In this document: positions 25,690 through 38,500 of the stretch, piece by piece
Position numbering within the stretch: position 1 is the first letter of the stretch
How the letters are laid out: the number at the start of each line of letters is the position of its first letter
DNA from: Macrostomum lignano
Lineage: Eukaryota
DNA: 64,000 nt
Assembly (NCBI GenBank): GCA_002269645.1
Contig: NIVC01002783.1
Coordinates: 1-64,000, forward strand
Direction of reading: 5' to 3'
Program-made: the position numbers and the translations under genes
Notes under the pieces: model-generated
Told to the model about the DNA's origin: nothing
The model's input: the letters and a program-made list of their open reading frames with translations, nothing else
Database searches by the model: none

Positions 25690-28362
25690 GCTAGTGCAAT
25701 AATCCTTGGTTTATTAATAGCAATAATCCTTGATTAATCAAGTGCAATAATCCTTGGTTTATCAAGTGCAATAATCCTTGGTTTATCAAGTGCAGTAATC
25801 TTTGGCTTATAAAGTGCAATAATCCTTGGTTTATCAAGTGCAATAATCCTTTGTTTATCAAGTGCAATAATCCTTGGTTTATCAAGTGCAATAATCCTTG
25901 GTTTATTAAGTGCAATAATCCTTGGTTTATTAAGTGCAATAATCCTTGGTTTATCTAGCGCAGTAATCCTTGGCTTATCAGGTGCAATAATCCTTGGTTT
26001 ATCAAGTGCAATATTTGTTTATCAAGTGCAATAATCCTTGGTTTATCAAGTGAAATAATCCTTGGTTTATCAAGTGCAATAATCCTTGGCTTATCAACTG
26101 CAATAATCCTTGGTTTATCAAGCGCAGTAATCTTTGGCCTATCAAGTGCAATAATCCTTGGTTTATCAAGTGCAGTAATCCTTGGCCTATCAAGTGCAAT
26201 AATCCTTGGTTTATCAAGTGCAATAATCCTTGGTTTATCAAGTGTAATAATCCTTGGTTTATCAAGTGCAATAATCCTTGGCTTATCAACTGCAATAATC
26301 CTTGGTTTATCAAGTGCAATAATCCTTGGTTTATCAAGCGCAGTAATCCTTGGCCTATCAAGTGCAATAATCCTTGGCTTATCAAGTGCAATAATCCTTG
26401 GTTTATCAAGTGCAATAATCCTTGGTTTATCAAGTGCAGTAATCCTTGGCCTATCAAGTGCAATAATCCTTGGTTTGCCAAGAGCAATAATCCTTAGTTT
26501 ATCGAGTGCAGTAATCCTTAGTTTTCCAAGTGCAGTAATCCTTGGTTTATTAAGAGCAATAATCCTTGGCTTATCGAGTGCAGTAATCCTTGGTTTGCCA
26601 AGAGCAATAATCCTTGGTTGATCAAGTGCAATAATCCTTGGTTTATCAAGTGCAATAATTTTTGGTTTATCAGATGCAATAATCCTTGGCTTATCAACTG
26701 CAATAATCCTTGGTTTATCAAGTGCAATAATCCTTGGCTTATCAAGTGCAATAATCCTTGGTTTATCAAGTGCAATAATCCTTGGTTTATCAAGCGCAGT
26801 AATCTTTGGCCTATCAAGTGCAATAATCCTTTGTTTATCAAGTGCAATAATCCTTGGTTTATCAAGTGCAATAATCTTTGGTTTATCAGATGCAATAATC
26901 CTTGGCTTATCAACTGCAATAATCATTGGTTTATCAAGTGCAATAATCCTTGGCTTATCAAGTGCAATAATCCTTGGTTTATCAAGTGCAATAATCCTTG
27001 GTTTATCAAGCGCAGTAATTTTTGGCCTATCAAGTGCAATAATCCTTGGTTTATCAAGTGCAGTAATCCTTGGCCTATCAAGTGCAATAATCCTTGGTTT
27101 ATCAAGTGCAATAGTCTTTGGTTTATCGAGTGCAGTAATCCTTAGTTTTCCAAGTGCAGTAATCCTTGGTTTATTAAGAGCAATAATCCTTGGTTTATCG
27201 AGTGGAGTAGTCCTTGGTTTATTAATATCAATAATCCTTGAATAATCCAGTGCATTAATCCTTGGCTTATCAAGTGCAACATTCTTTACTATCAAGTGCA
27301 ATATTCCATGGCTTATCAAGTGCAATAATCCTTGGCTTATCAAGTGCAATAATCCTTGGTTTATCAAGTGCAATAATCCTTTGTTTATCAAGTGCAATAA
27401 TCCTTTGTTTATCAAGTGCAATAATCCTTTGTTTATCAAGTGCAATAATCCTTGGTTTATCAAGCGCAGTAATCCTTGGCTTATCAAGTGCAATAATCCT
27501 TGGTTTATCAAGTGCAATAATCCTTGGTTTATCAAGCGCAGTAATCTTTGGCCTATCAAGTGCAATAATCCTTGGTTTATCAAGTGCAGTAATCCTTGGC
27601 CTATCAAGTGCAATAATCCTTGGTTTATCAAGTGCAATAATCCTTGGTTTATCAAGTGTAATAATCCTTGGTTTATCAAGTGCAATAATCCTTGGCTTAT
27701 CAACTGCAATAATCCTTGGTTTATCAAGTGCAATAATCCTTGGTTTATCAAGCGCAGTAATCCTTGGCCTATCAAGTGCAATAATCCTTGGTTAATCAAG
27801 TGCAGTAATCCTTGGCCTATCAAGTGCAATATTCCTTGGTTTATCAAGTGCAATAGTCCTTGGTTTATCGAGTGCAGTAATCCTTGGTTTTCCAAGTGCA
27901 ATAATCTTTGGCTTCTTGAGTGCAGTAATCCTTGGTTTGCCAAGAGCAATAGTCCTTGGTTTATCAAGCGCAGTAATCTTTGGCCTATCAAGTGCAATAA
28001 TCCTTGGTTTATCAAGTGCAGTAATCCTTGGCCTATCAAGTGCAATATTCCTTGGTTTATCAAGTGCAATAGTCCTTGGTTTATCGAGTGCAGTAATCCT
28101 TGGTTTTCCAAGTGCAATAATCCTTGGCTTCCTGAGTGCAGTAATCCTTGGTTTGCCAAGAGCAATAGTCCTTGGTTTATCGAGTGCAGTAATCCTTGGT
28201 TTTCCAAGTGCAGTAATCCTTGGTTTATTAATAGCAATAATCCTTGGCTTCTTGAGTGCAGTAATCCTTGGTTTGCCAAGAGCAATAGTCCTTGGTTTAT
28301 CGAGTGCAGTAGTCCTTGGTTTATTAATAGCAATAATCCTTGGCTTATCGAGTGCAGTAATC
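25690..28362 (+). repeat. 24-bp minisatellite (AGTGCAATAATCCTTGGTTTATCA)n, ~2.7 kb
   Basis: About 110 units, with a degenerate lead-in from ~25575; source of the LLHLINQG/ALDKPRII/KCNNPWFI pseudo-ORFs. Confidence 0.97.
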
Positions 28363-28429
28363 TAAGTGTTTTTATTTAGTCCTTTAATAAAACCTTTTAA
28401 TAAAAAATTTTACACTACTACTTTTAAAC

Positions 28430-28500
28430 TACTTAGATTCGAACCTAGGTCGCTGCATTAGCAGTCTGGTCTGTTCAGCTCTAGGCTAGCTCTCATCGAA
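28430..28500 (-). mobile_element. tRNA-derived SINE-like head
   Basis: Minus strand TAGCCTAGAGCTG (A-box-like)...GACTGCTAAT...GGTTCGAATC (B-box, 28436-28445). Confidence 0.4.
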
Positions 28501-28899
28501 GTTATCAGTGATGTTGTACCACTTATATAATTCAACACTCACACCAAGTCAGGTAGAGTAAAAAGTCTCACGAAGCAGTTATGACATAATCAATTTCTTA
28601 GGCAAGTCAGTACCAGTGTCTATGAAAGTTTACAATATGGTTACGTAATATAAATTCAGTACTGCGCTATGCTTTCACACTCAAAGCTGTGACGCAATTC
28701 AATTGAGTGTCAAATTCAGCCAGTACACAGACGATAAATAAAGTGTATTGTGATGCAATCTATTTCAGAATCAGAATTCAACCAGTCAGTTTTTCTGCTA
28801 GCATTCTTACGATGCATTTCAAGTCGAAAGAGCTGCTTGACCTTCGCAAAAAAGCATGTTTTTCGAATATTTAATCCCTTTAGCATCAAGCAATTTCTT

Positions 28900-29110
28900 A
28901 GCCACGATGCATGTACTGTCACGGGAAAATTTCTGATCGAACAGTGCAAGTTCGAAGAAAATCGGTTGAGCCGTTTTTGCTAAAATCGATCACACACACA
29001 CACACATACACACACACACATACCGACAGACCATTTTTAGTATATGGACTAATGTTTTCTGTAGCGGCTACTGCCACAAGTAGGGTGTATCGGACATGGC
29101 TACTATAACA
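28900..29110 (+). mobile_element. Possible non-autonomous Helitron/Helentron (HINE/DINE-like) 3' part
   Basis: AAAATCGGTTGAGCCGTTT + (CA)n + GACAGAC + TTTTTAGTATATGGACTA. The same TTTTTAGTATA(G)TGGACTA motif recurs at ~49720, followed by a CCCCC-TTT-GGGGG hairpin. Confidence 0.35.
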
Positions 29111-29204
29111 CTGTGACGGGACAAATAAGAGCGAGGTTTTACCCCCGCTTCTCTCTCTCTCTCTCTGCTCCCAAACTGCATCGCATCCCTCCTTCATACC
29201 TGCT

Positions 29205-29360
29205 CAGGGATTGGCCCAACCCAATAGGAGGCTGAGATTGGCAAGGATTGGAGAGAATCCCTGGGAGGCTGGGGATAGATAGCGGGGGGGGGGACAAGGC
29301 GGCCCGGGCAGTGAGGGCCGGAGGACGATAGCGAGACAATCCAGTTGATAAAAAGCGGAC
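29205..29360 (+). promoter_or_regulatory. Candidate promoter of stomatin exon 1a (CCAAT-box cluster)
   Basis: ATTGG at 29210, 29237 and 29247, CCAAT at 29221, then a G-run and GATAAAA (~29348), all 140-280 nt before ATG 29488. Confidence 0.35.
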
Positions 29361-29487
29361 TCGAGTCCCAAGTGTTTATCTTAGCACCCGAGCTGAACAA
29401 TGCCACTGGGCATTGGGCCGCACCATTCGTCATAACGTCGGCGCGTGTTAGCAGCTCCATAGCCTCACTCCGACTGCACCGATCGCC

Positions 29488-29563
29488 ATGGCGCCAGAGG
29501 CCAAGCCGGCGCACACCAGGATGAGAAAGTACTCGGTCGTGGATCCGCAGATCGACCTGCTCA
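29488..29563 (+). CDS. Stomatin candidate alternative first exon 1a ([25 protein letters not shown])
   Basis: GATCGCCATGG Kozak context, donor A|GTAAGT, phase 1 matching the exon at 50066. Confidence 0.62.
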
Positions 29564-32500
29564 GTAAGTTCGGGGGGGGGGAGAGCACACACTGGATTAC
29601 TGATGAGTCCCCAGGGTCTATTGGTTGTCAAGGCTTGACGTGAGTTTGACGCGCAGTCGGAGCCAGGAGGGCCATGGGGTGTCTTGAGAAGCGACACTGC
29701 ATAATTAATAAAAGATCGCTCAGGACAAGCTGTCTTGAGCAGGTCTTGCTGAGTGCATTGTTAGCATTAGCTTTAATTGTGTGCGTGTGAATGAGTAATC
29801 TTCTCCCTCAAAACCCTCATCGCACCTTCCGGCCCTACCTATGTCTCTCTCTCTCTATCAATTCCCATTTTCCATAAGAATATCACTATGCCTGTCCTCT
29901 TTTAACCCCCGAGAGCGAGTCGTGCCGCACACACACACATTTTTCAGGCTTCCTTCTTTGTGCCGCTGACATGCAGCCAACAGCCACCCACCCTTTGTGT
30001 CGCTGTTCCTTGCTCGTACAGTGCTTATAGAATGCGCCGTTGCCCGTGGCGCAGATGCAGGAGCACAAGTGGGCACAGTCGTATCGATTCTCATCTTGCT
30101 ATGTATTTTTTATTATTTATAGCTATAATATTAACGGCTGCATGCGCCTGCTTCCGCTGTCTTGCTCTGGGCCGCCGCATGCAGTCGTAAAACCAACAGC
30201 GATGGTGGCCCCAGAAATGAGAGTAATAGAATTAAATTGTCTGTCAATTGGGGCAAATTAGTAATAATCCAAGTCCATTTCCTGTCCGCTATGCCCCACT
30301 CTGTATTTCTGATGCGCATTCGTAATTCGGTGAGATGTGTTTGCTAATGAAGGCCTGCCAACCAACACGGCGTAGAGCGCGTGCGAAGTCTGCGCGAATC
30401 GTATTTGCACACACGATGCCTTGCGGCTTCACTGTTGCCTAAGTTGCGTCAGCACGCAAAGCTTCCCTGGGAAGAAGGAAAAAACTGACTATAATAATTA
30501 TTCATCCAGAGTATCCAGGGCATTCGAAAAACCCCTAGAAAATCCCCAGATTTCGACCGTCCCACCTGCTGGACTCTCAAAATTTGTCATCGGTTAAGTT
30601 TCTTCAACTGAGCCGCGTAGGCTAGATCTTGCCGGATACTCGAGAACCTGAACCCGTGCTCGCAAAACCGAGCAGACATTTCCCAGCAGCTGCGTCCTGC
30701 GCCCACCTCCCTGCATGTAGCTCGACAGCTACTTTCTCCGCTTGTCTGTCTCTGCCTCCCTCAAATTTCTATTTTATTACTGGGTAGGCAATAGAGACGA
30801 GGAAAGAAGGAGAGAGAGACAAGGCAGACAGCGAATGCTCAGTCTCCGTCTCTACGCTGTAAATGATGATGAAGTGCCGCAGCTGCATTCCGAGCATGCA
30901 ATGCTTTACTCTGCAGTTGCAGCGGCAGGGGAGGAATGTTTTGCAGTTTTCATTTTCCTAGAATGATGGCCGCCCGGCTGGGACGGTCATTAAGCCAATA
31001 TTTTAATGCTGTGGGAGGAGAAGCTGCACGGACTGGGTAGAGAAGGCGGAGTGGAGTGGCAGGGAGGAATAGGAGAACTTTTCCCCCAGGAATCGGCCTT
31101 TTGGCTGCAGTCGGGGCCAATGCCGGCCTGCCTGCCTCATTTGCTTATTGCAACCATTTCCAGGGCGTAGGGGATAAACTTTCTCTGGGCTGGACAGCGA
31201 GACCACTTTTAGAAATGATGGGCCATGATAATCGAGAGCCACACTTGGCCTGACTCAGAGTGCTTCTTCTAATCCGCTTTCTATGGCACTCATGTGCCTG
31301 CCCAGTTTGCCCTATTCTCTGCCTGGCTCTTAACTAGAAAAATGCTTATAGTGAACAAGTCTGAAGTTGCAGCTTCACGCGTTCGAAATGTACCCGGACT
31401 CTCGTTTCTGTGGGTCAATAAGTTGTTTGCCACTTGCCTTCATCGCTGAGAAGTCCGAACCATAGAAGTGACTGTCAGTGACTGAACAGCCGCAAAGAAG
31501 TGACTGTCAGTGACTGAACAGCCGCATAGAAGTGACTGTCAGTGACTAAACAGCCGCATAGAAGTGACTGTCAGTGACCGAACAATCGCATAGAAGTGAC
31601 TGTCAGTGACCGAACAATCGCATAGAAGTGACTGTCAGTGACCGAACAATCGCATAGAAGTGACTGTCAGTGACCGAACAATCGCATAGAAGTCACTGTC
31701 AGTGACTGAACAGCCGCATAGAAGTGGCTGTCAGTGACTGAACAATCGCATAGAAGTGGCTGTCAGTGACTGAACAATCGCATAGAGGTGACTGTCAGTG
31801 ACTGAACAATCGCATAGAGGTGAATGTCAGTGACTGAACAATCGCAAAGAAGTGACTGTCAGTGAATGAATAGTCGCAAAGAAGTGAATGTCAGTGACCG
31901 AACAATCACATAGAGGTGACTGTCAGTGACTGAACAGTCGCAAAGAAGCGAATATCAGTGACTGAACAATCGCATAGAGGTGACTGTCAGTGACTGAACA
32001 GTCGCAAAGAAGTGGCTGTCAGTGACTGAACAGTCGCATAGAAGTGGCTGTCAGTGACTGAACAATCGCATAGAAGTGGCTGTCAGTGACTGAACAATCG
32101 CAAAGTGACTGTCAGTGACTGAACAGTCGCAAAGAAGCGAATATCAGTGACTGAACAGTCGCATAGAAGTGGCTGTCAGTGACTGAACAGCCGCATAGAA
32201 GTGGCTGTCAGTGACTGAAAAATCGCATAGAAGTGGCTGTCAGTGACTGAACAATCGCATAGAAGTGACTGTCAGTGTCTGAACAGCCGCATAGAAGTGA
32301 CTATCAGTGACCGAACAATCGCATAGAAGTGACTGTCAGTGACTGAACAGCCGCATAGAAGTGACTGTCAGTGACTGAACAGCCGCATAGAAGTGACTAT
32401 CAGTGACCGAACAATCGCATAGAAGTGGCTGTCAGTGACTGAACAGTCGCAAAGAACTGACTGTCAGTGACTGAACAGCCGCATAGAAGTGACTGTCAGT

Positions 32501-35500
32501 GACTGAACAGCCGCATAGAAGTGACTGTCAGTGACTAAACAGCCGCATAGAAGTGACTGTCAGTGACCGAACAATCGCATAGAAGTGACTGTCAGTGACC
32601 GAACAATCGCATAGAAGTGACTGTCAGTGACCGAACAATCGCATAGAAGTGACTGTCAGTGACCGAACAATCGCATAGAAGTGACTGTCAGTGACCGAAC
32701 AATCGCATAGAAGTCACTGTCAGTGACTGAACAGCCGCATAGAAGTCACTGTCAGTGACTGAACAATCGCATAGAAGTGGCTGTCAGTGACTGAACAATC
32801 GCATAGAAGTGGCTGTCAGTGACTGAACAATCGCATAGAGGTGACTGTCAGTGACTGAACAATCGCATAGAGGTGAATGTCAGTGACTGAACAATCGCAA
32901 AGAAGTGACTGTCAGTGAATGAATAGTCGCAAAGAAGTGAATGTCAGTGACCGAACAATCGCATAGAGGTGACTGTCAGTGACTGAACAGTCGCAAAGAA
33001 GCGAATATCAGTGACTGAACAATCGCATAGAGGTGACTGTCAGTGACTGAACAGTCGCAAAGAAGTGGCTGTCAGTGACTGAACAGTCGCATAGAAGTGG
33101 CTGTCAGTGACTGAACAGTCGCATAGAAGTGGCTGTCAGTGACTGAAAAATCGCATAGAAGTGGCTGTCAGTGACTGAACAATCGCATAGAAGTGACTGT
33201 CAGTGTCTGAACAGCCGCATAGAAGTGACTATCAGTGACCGAACAATCGCATAGAAGTGACTGTCAGTGACTGAACAGTCGCAAAGAAGTGACTGTCAGT
33301 GACCGAACAATCGCATAGAAGTGACTGTCAGTGACTGAACAGTCGCAAAGAACTGACTGTCAGTGACTGAACAGCCGCATAGAAGTGACTGTCAGTGACT
33401 GAACAGCCGCATAGAAGTGACTGTCAGTGACTGAACAGCCGCATAGAAGTGACTGTCAGTGACCGAACAATCGCATAGAAGTGACTGTCAGTGACTGAAC
33501 AATCGCATAGAAGTGGCTGTCAGTGACTGAACAGTCGCAAAGAAGCGAATATCAGTGACTGAACAATCGCATAGAGGTGACTGTCAGTGACTGAACAGTC
33601 GCAAAGAAGTGGCTGTCAGTGACACAGCCAGCCAAATGCAGCCATGCAGAGCTGGCAGTTACCAGGCAAGCCAAGACCGCTAGGGAGGCAATCTGGGCCA
33701 AGAACAAGGGCAGAAACTGGGGCTCAAAACTGAATTTAGGAGATGGGATTCACTTAAAAAATTCAATTTAAATCGGCAGAATACGCTCGTACGTCGCTTC
33801 TGGGAATGCGAAATCTGCATTTGAGCGTCTGGAGAAATCTGGCTTGGGAAAATGATAAGAGATGAAGGCTGACCCACCCCCCACCCCACTGCCTGCCTGC
33901 CTGCCGATTTATCGGACATGACAGCGAGGGCATCCCGGGATTTGCATAGTAACTACAGCTGGCTGCTCCCCAAGCCCCCTCGTCTGGAGAGCTGAGCTTG
34001 GCGCTTTCGCTTATTTTGAATTATTCAAGTTTATTAGGGACGGACCAGTGGGCCCGAAGCATTGGCGTACAGGCCTCGGGCCGTGCAATAAGGCAGCCTG
34101 CAGTTGCAGTGCGCCACGCCAATAGATAAGAAAGTTCATGCGCCATCTCGCTGCCTGCCTGATACTGCATGGCCCAACCCTCTACATTCGAGAGCAAATG
34201 GCAAAAACTAATAATCTCATTTTGGGAGCTGGGGCACGCCACCGCTGGGAAACAGTTGCCTCTAAGATCGAATTGTGCGGATTATATGGCCCCGACAGTC
34301 TCCAGGCACTCCAGGCACTCCTGTGCTGCTGCTGCTTCATGGTCATTCGATTTGTTCGAGAGTAGCTCCGACTCGATTCGGTTTTTGACGCGCGCAGACA
34401 CGCCAGGCTGATGGCCACTAAACAGCAAGCCGCAGTGCACTACTAGCCTTGCATTCGAAAACTACTGAATAAAACCGAGATTCAGACAGGGTTTGCGTGG
34501 CAAAAGTTCTTTTTTTCTACGAATTTCTAATAGCAAAAATGCTATCAACAGTACCTTCTGACTGCAGATCTACATGGATAGATCAGAGCTCTAGCTGTAA
34601 TAACTGCAGATCTACATGGATAGATCAGAGCTCTAGCTGTAATAACTGCAGATCTACATGGATAGATCAGAGCTCTGGCTGTAATAACTGCAGATCTACA
34701 TGGATAGATCAGAGCTCTGGCTGTAATAACTGCAGATCTACATGGATAGATCAGAGCTCTAGCTGTAGTGACTGCAGATCTACATGGATAGATCAGAGCT
34801 CTAGCTGTAATAACTGCAGATCTACATGGATAGATCAGAGCTCTAGCTGTAATAACTGCAGATCTACATGGATAGATCAGAGCTCTAGCTGTAATAACTG
34901 CAGATCTACATGGATAGATCAGAGCTCAAGCTGTAATAACTGCAGATCTACATGGATAGATCAGAGCTCTAGCTGTAGTGACTGCAGATCTACATGGATA
35001 GATCAGAGCTCAAGCTGTAATAACTGCAGATCTACATGGATAGATCAGAGCTCAAGCTGTAATAACTGCAGATCTACATGGATAGATGCATATTAAGATC
35101 AATTATAACTGCCTCGCATGCAGTCCGTTTCCTTCTCAAACTGACTGAAACTAACAAAGCAAGTTTGAACAGAAGCCGCGGAAGCAGATGCAAGGGGCAG
35201 GCAGTGAAAATTGCCAGTCTGTGAAGGGAAGCCGGGCGCAGGCAGGCAGGCAGGCAGCGGGCTGATGGTAATCCCCAGCAGGATTAAATAATGGCTGTCG
35301 GCGAGAGCAAAGAAGCAGAAATTTCCAGCTGCGGAAGGGGAAAAGTTGGGAAGTGACTTGCCGAGGCAGGGTGATGGGCTCACCTCTCCGTCTTGCCTCA
35401 GGACGATTAAAAACCCAGGATGAAGGGCAGGCAGACAGCCAGCAATTCCCATCGAACCAGCTGGGAATTCGCCGCTTCTTTCCGTTTTCCTTTGTTGCCA

Positions 35501-38500
35501 CCCCGGCCTTAATTCCCTGGCAATGAAATCTCGTTCCATCTATAAAAGTGGCAAGTGAAGCGAGCCGAGAGAAGTAGGCGAAAGCAGAGGCAAGGACCGG
35601 GTGTGTGAAAAGATTTTTTTGGGAAATCAAAAGGTGAGAGAGAGAGACAAAAAGGGGACAAAATCCCCTGGGTGAAGGGGATTTTCTGCTTAGTTAAGCG
35701 CCAGACGTTCAACGTGGACCAAGCTTTGAGCTCAATATTAATTGCTCAATATTTTATCAAGGACTACTAGACTATGCCATAACGAAGTGTTTTTAGTGGT
35801 CCTTGTGTTCAATAGCGCTTCGCCATGACGCATTTCATGAATGAACTCATTGTGTGTTGCAAGTTGAAAATTGAAAAAACGCTATCGTAGCAGGCTTTAT
35901 AAAAGTGGGATCCCAGCATTTTTTCATACAATGGATTCCCCCGAGCAGACGATTCAGCAACAGGATTCCCCCAATAGGATTCCCCCAATGGCCCCGAACA
36001 GAGGATCCCCCAATGGGATTCCAACGAGCAGTGGATTGCCACAATGGAATTCACCCGAGCAGAGGATTCCCCCAATGGGATTCCAACGAGCAGAGGATTG
36101 CCACAATGGGATTCACCCGAGCAGAGGATTCCCCCGATTGGATTTCGCCTAGCAAAGGATTCCCCCAATGGGATACCCCCGAATAGAGGATTACCAAAAT
36201 GGGATTCACCCAAACGAAGGTTCCCCCAATGGAATTCCCATGACAGGAGGATTCCCCCAATGGAATTCCCATGACCGGAGGATTCCCCCAATGGATTCCC
36301 CCGAACAGAGGATTACCACTGATAGGATTGTTAGAGGAGAATTTCTTTAATTATTTATAATTCTCAGGTATAGAGTTTTCTTTGCAAAGCTAAATTGTGT
36401 TTGAAAAAATCGACATTCCCGAATTTCTTATTCATTAATTATGAAATTCAAGATGAGGGCACAGGTGAATGGGAAGAAAAGTTATTGTTATTAGAGAATT
36501 TGAATTAGCCTTCAAATCCGTTATGTCCGCCTGTAAGTCAATCCAATGTTTCTCCACTATTTATCTAATTCACGCTAGCAGGGTCAGAAAAGTCAGTCTC
36601 TATGTAAATAAATTCATATAATCGAAGTTTTTATAATCATGTACGGCAACTGCGAGGTGCTAGCTAATACATAATCATCATAAATAATTTGTGCAGAGGC
36701 CCACCGGGTCTGGATTTATGGCAGCCGCCTCGTTGGCTATGAAAAGGGGATTTATTATTATATTTTTTATTCCCGCTGCCGGTGTCCTGCCTCAACCAAC
36801 CCCCCCCCCCCCAGCTGCCCTCGACGTGATCAGAAAGCGTCAGAGAGAGAGAGAGAGAGAGAGAGACCCCAAATCATTTTCATCATGAAATGAAGTCGCC
36901 AGCTAGGAGGCAGAGTTGGGGAGGCGCACAGGCCATTGTAGGGTGCCGCATTGACGCCAAAGCAGTTGCGAGAAGGCGGAGAGCGCTCGGCTCCCCCTTG
37001 TCCGACTCGATCGAGAGCAGGTCGGTCTCTCTCTCTCTCTCTCTCTCATTTTGCGCTGGGCAACTACTAGCTCGAGGGCGGAGCCTCGCCCTCGCCCTCG
37101 CCCTCAGCGCCGTGATTGATGGCTCTCCCGACGCCATGGGCCTGCTGTCACCATGATTCCCTTTAATATACGCTCGGAGCAGCTCTCCTGCTGCTCTCTA
37201 TGCATCCTTGACTCTTTCAGTGCGTGTCTCCTGTCTCTGCGCTCCAAACTTCTCTCTCTGTTTGACAACGATGTGTTTGCAGCTTGTTGATGAGGCTGTT
37301 GATGTCTGATGCTACACTGTGTAGGGCCTGGATTTAGTACACGGCATGTATCTAGATAGAATTACATAGATTTTATGAGTAGCGCTAGAGAGATAATAGG
37401 AATGAATTCAGGGCTATTAATTGGGGCAGCAATTATCAAAATTGATGCACTAGAGCAGTCATTAAGTGAAACTCGCGCAAATCCGGTATGAAGTATGGAT
37501 TTTTTTTAAACTGAATTAGCAACTCTTTTTTATAGTATATAATGCGACTGACTTGTGTGACAATCTGAATGGCTTAGCTATGTCGCTACCAGCTAGCCAG
37601 TTTTCTGGGGGCTGCCGCCAACCCAGGGGTCGGCAAACTTACTTGAAGGATCAGATTGAGAATCTAGCGCATGACTGCGGACCAGAGGAGGGGAGAGAGG
37701 TGAGGGAATAGAGAAGAGAGATAAGTGGAGGACTCGAGGAAATACAGGAGAAGAGAGGAGAGGAGGGAGAAGAGAAGGGAGAGAAGGGTGGGGAGAGGAG
37801 AAGAGAGGAGAGGAGAGGAGAGAAGGAAGGGAAGGGAGGGGAAAGGAGAGAAACGAGAGAAGGGAGAGAAGGGAGGGGAGAGGAGAGGAGAGAGAAGAGA
37901 AGGGCGAGAAGGGAGAGAAGGGAGAGGAGACGAGAGGAGAGGAGAGAAGGGAGAGAAGGGAGGGGAGAGGAGAGGAGAGGAGAGAAGGGAGAGAAGCTAG
38001 AGGGGAGAGGAGAGGAGAGGAGAGAAGGGAGATAAGGGAGGGGAGAGGAGAGAAGGGAGATAAGGGAGGGGAGAGGAGAGAAGGGAGATAAGGGAGGGGA
38101 GAGGGGAGAAGGGAGATAAGGGAGGGGAGAAGAGAGGAGAGAAGGGAGATAAGGGAGGGGAGAAGAGAGGAGAGAAGGGAGATAAGGGAGGGGAGAAGAG
38201 AGGAGAGAAGGGAGATAAGGGAGGGGAGAGGAGAGGAGAGAAGGGAGAGAAGGGAGGGGAGAGGAGAGGAGAGAAGGGAGATAAGGGAAAGGAGAGGAGA
38301 GAAGGGAGATAAGGGAGGGGCGAGGAGAGAAGGGAGATAAGGGAGGGGAGAGGAGAGGAGAGAAGGGAGAGAAGGGAGGGGAGAGGAGAAGAGAGGAGAG
38401 GAGAGGAGAGAAGGAAGGGAAGGGAGGGGAAAGGAGAGAAACGAGAGAAGGGAGAGAAGGGAGGGGAGAGGAGAGGAGAGAGAAGAGAAGGGCGAGAAGG

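Noticed and set aside
25955-28333. 792-aa ORF and overlapping ORFs (LLHLINQG / KCNNPWFI repeats)
   Set aside because: Translation of a 24-bp tandem repeat that is open in several frames; no splice or promoter context and no non-repeat domain.
34497-35096. Cys-rich repeat protein ([14 protein letters not shown])n
   Set aside because: The 42-bp unit is a multiple of 3 and the ORF coincides with the array; no signal peptide or compatible splice sites.
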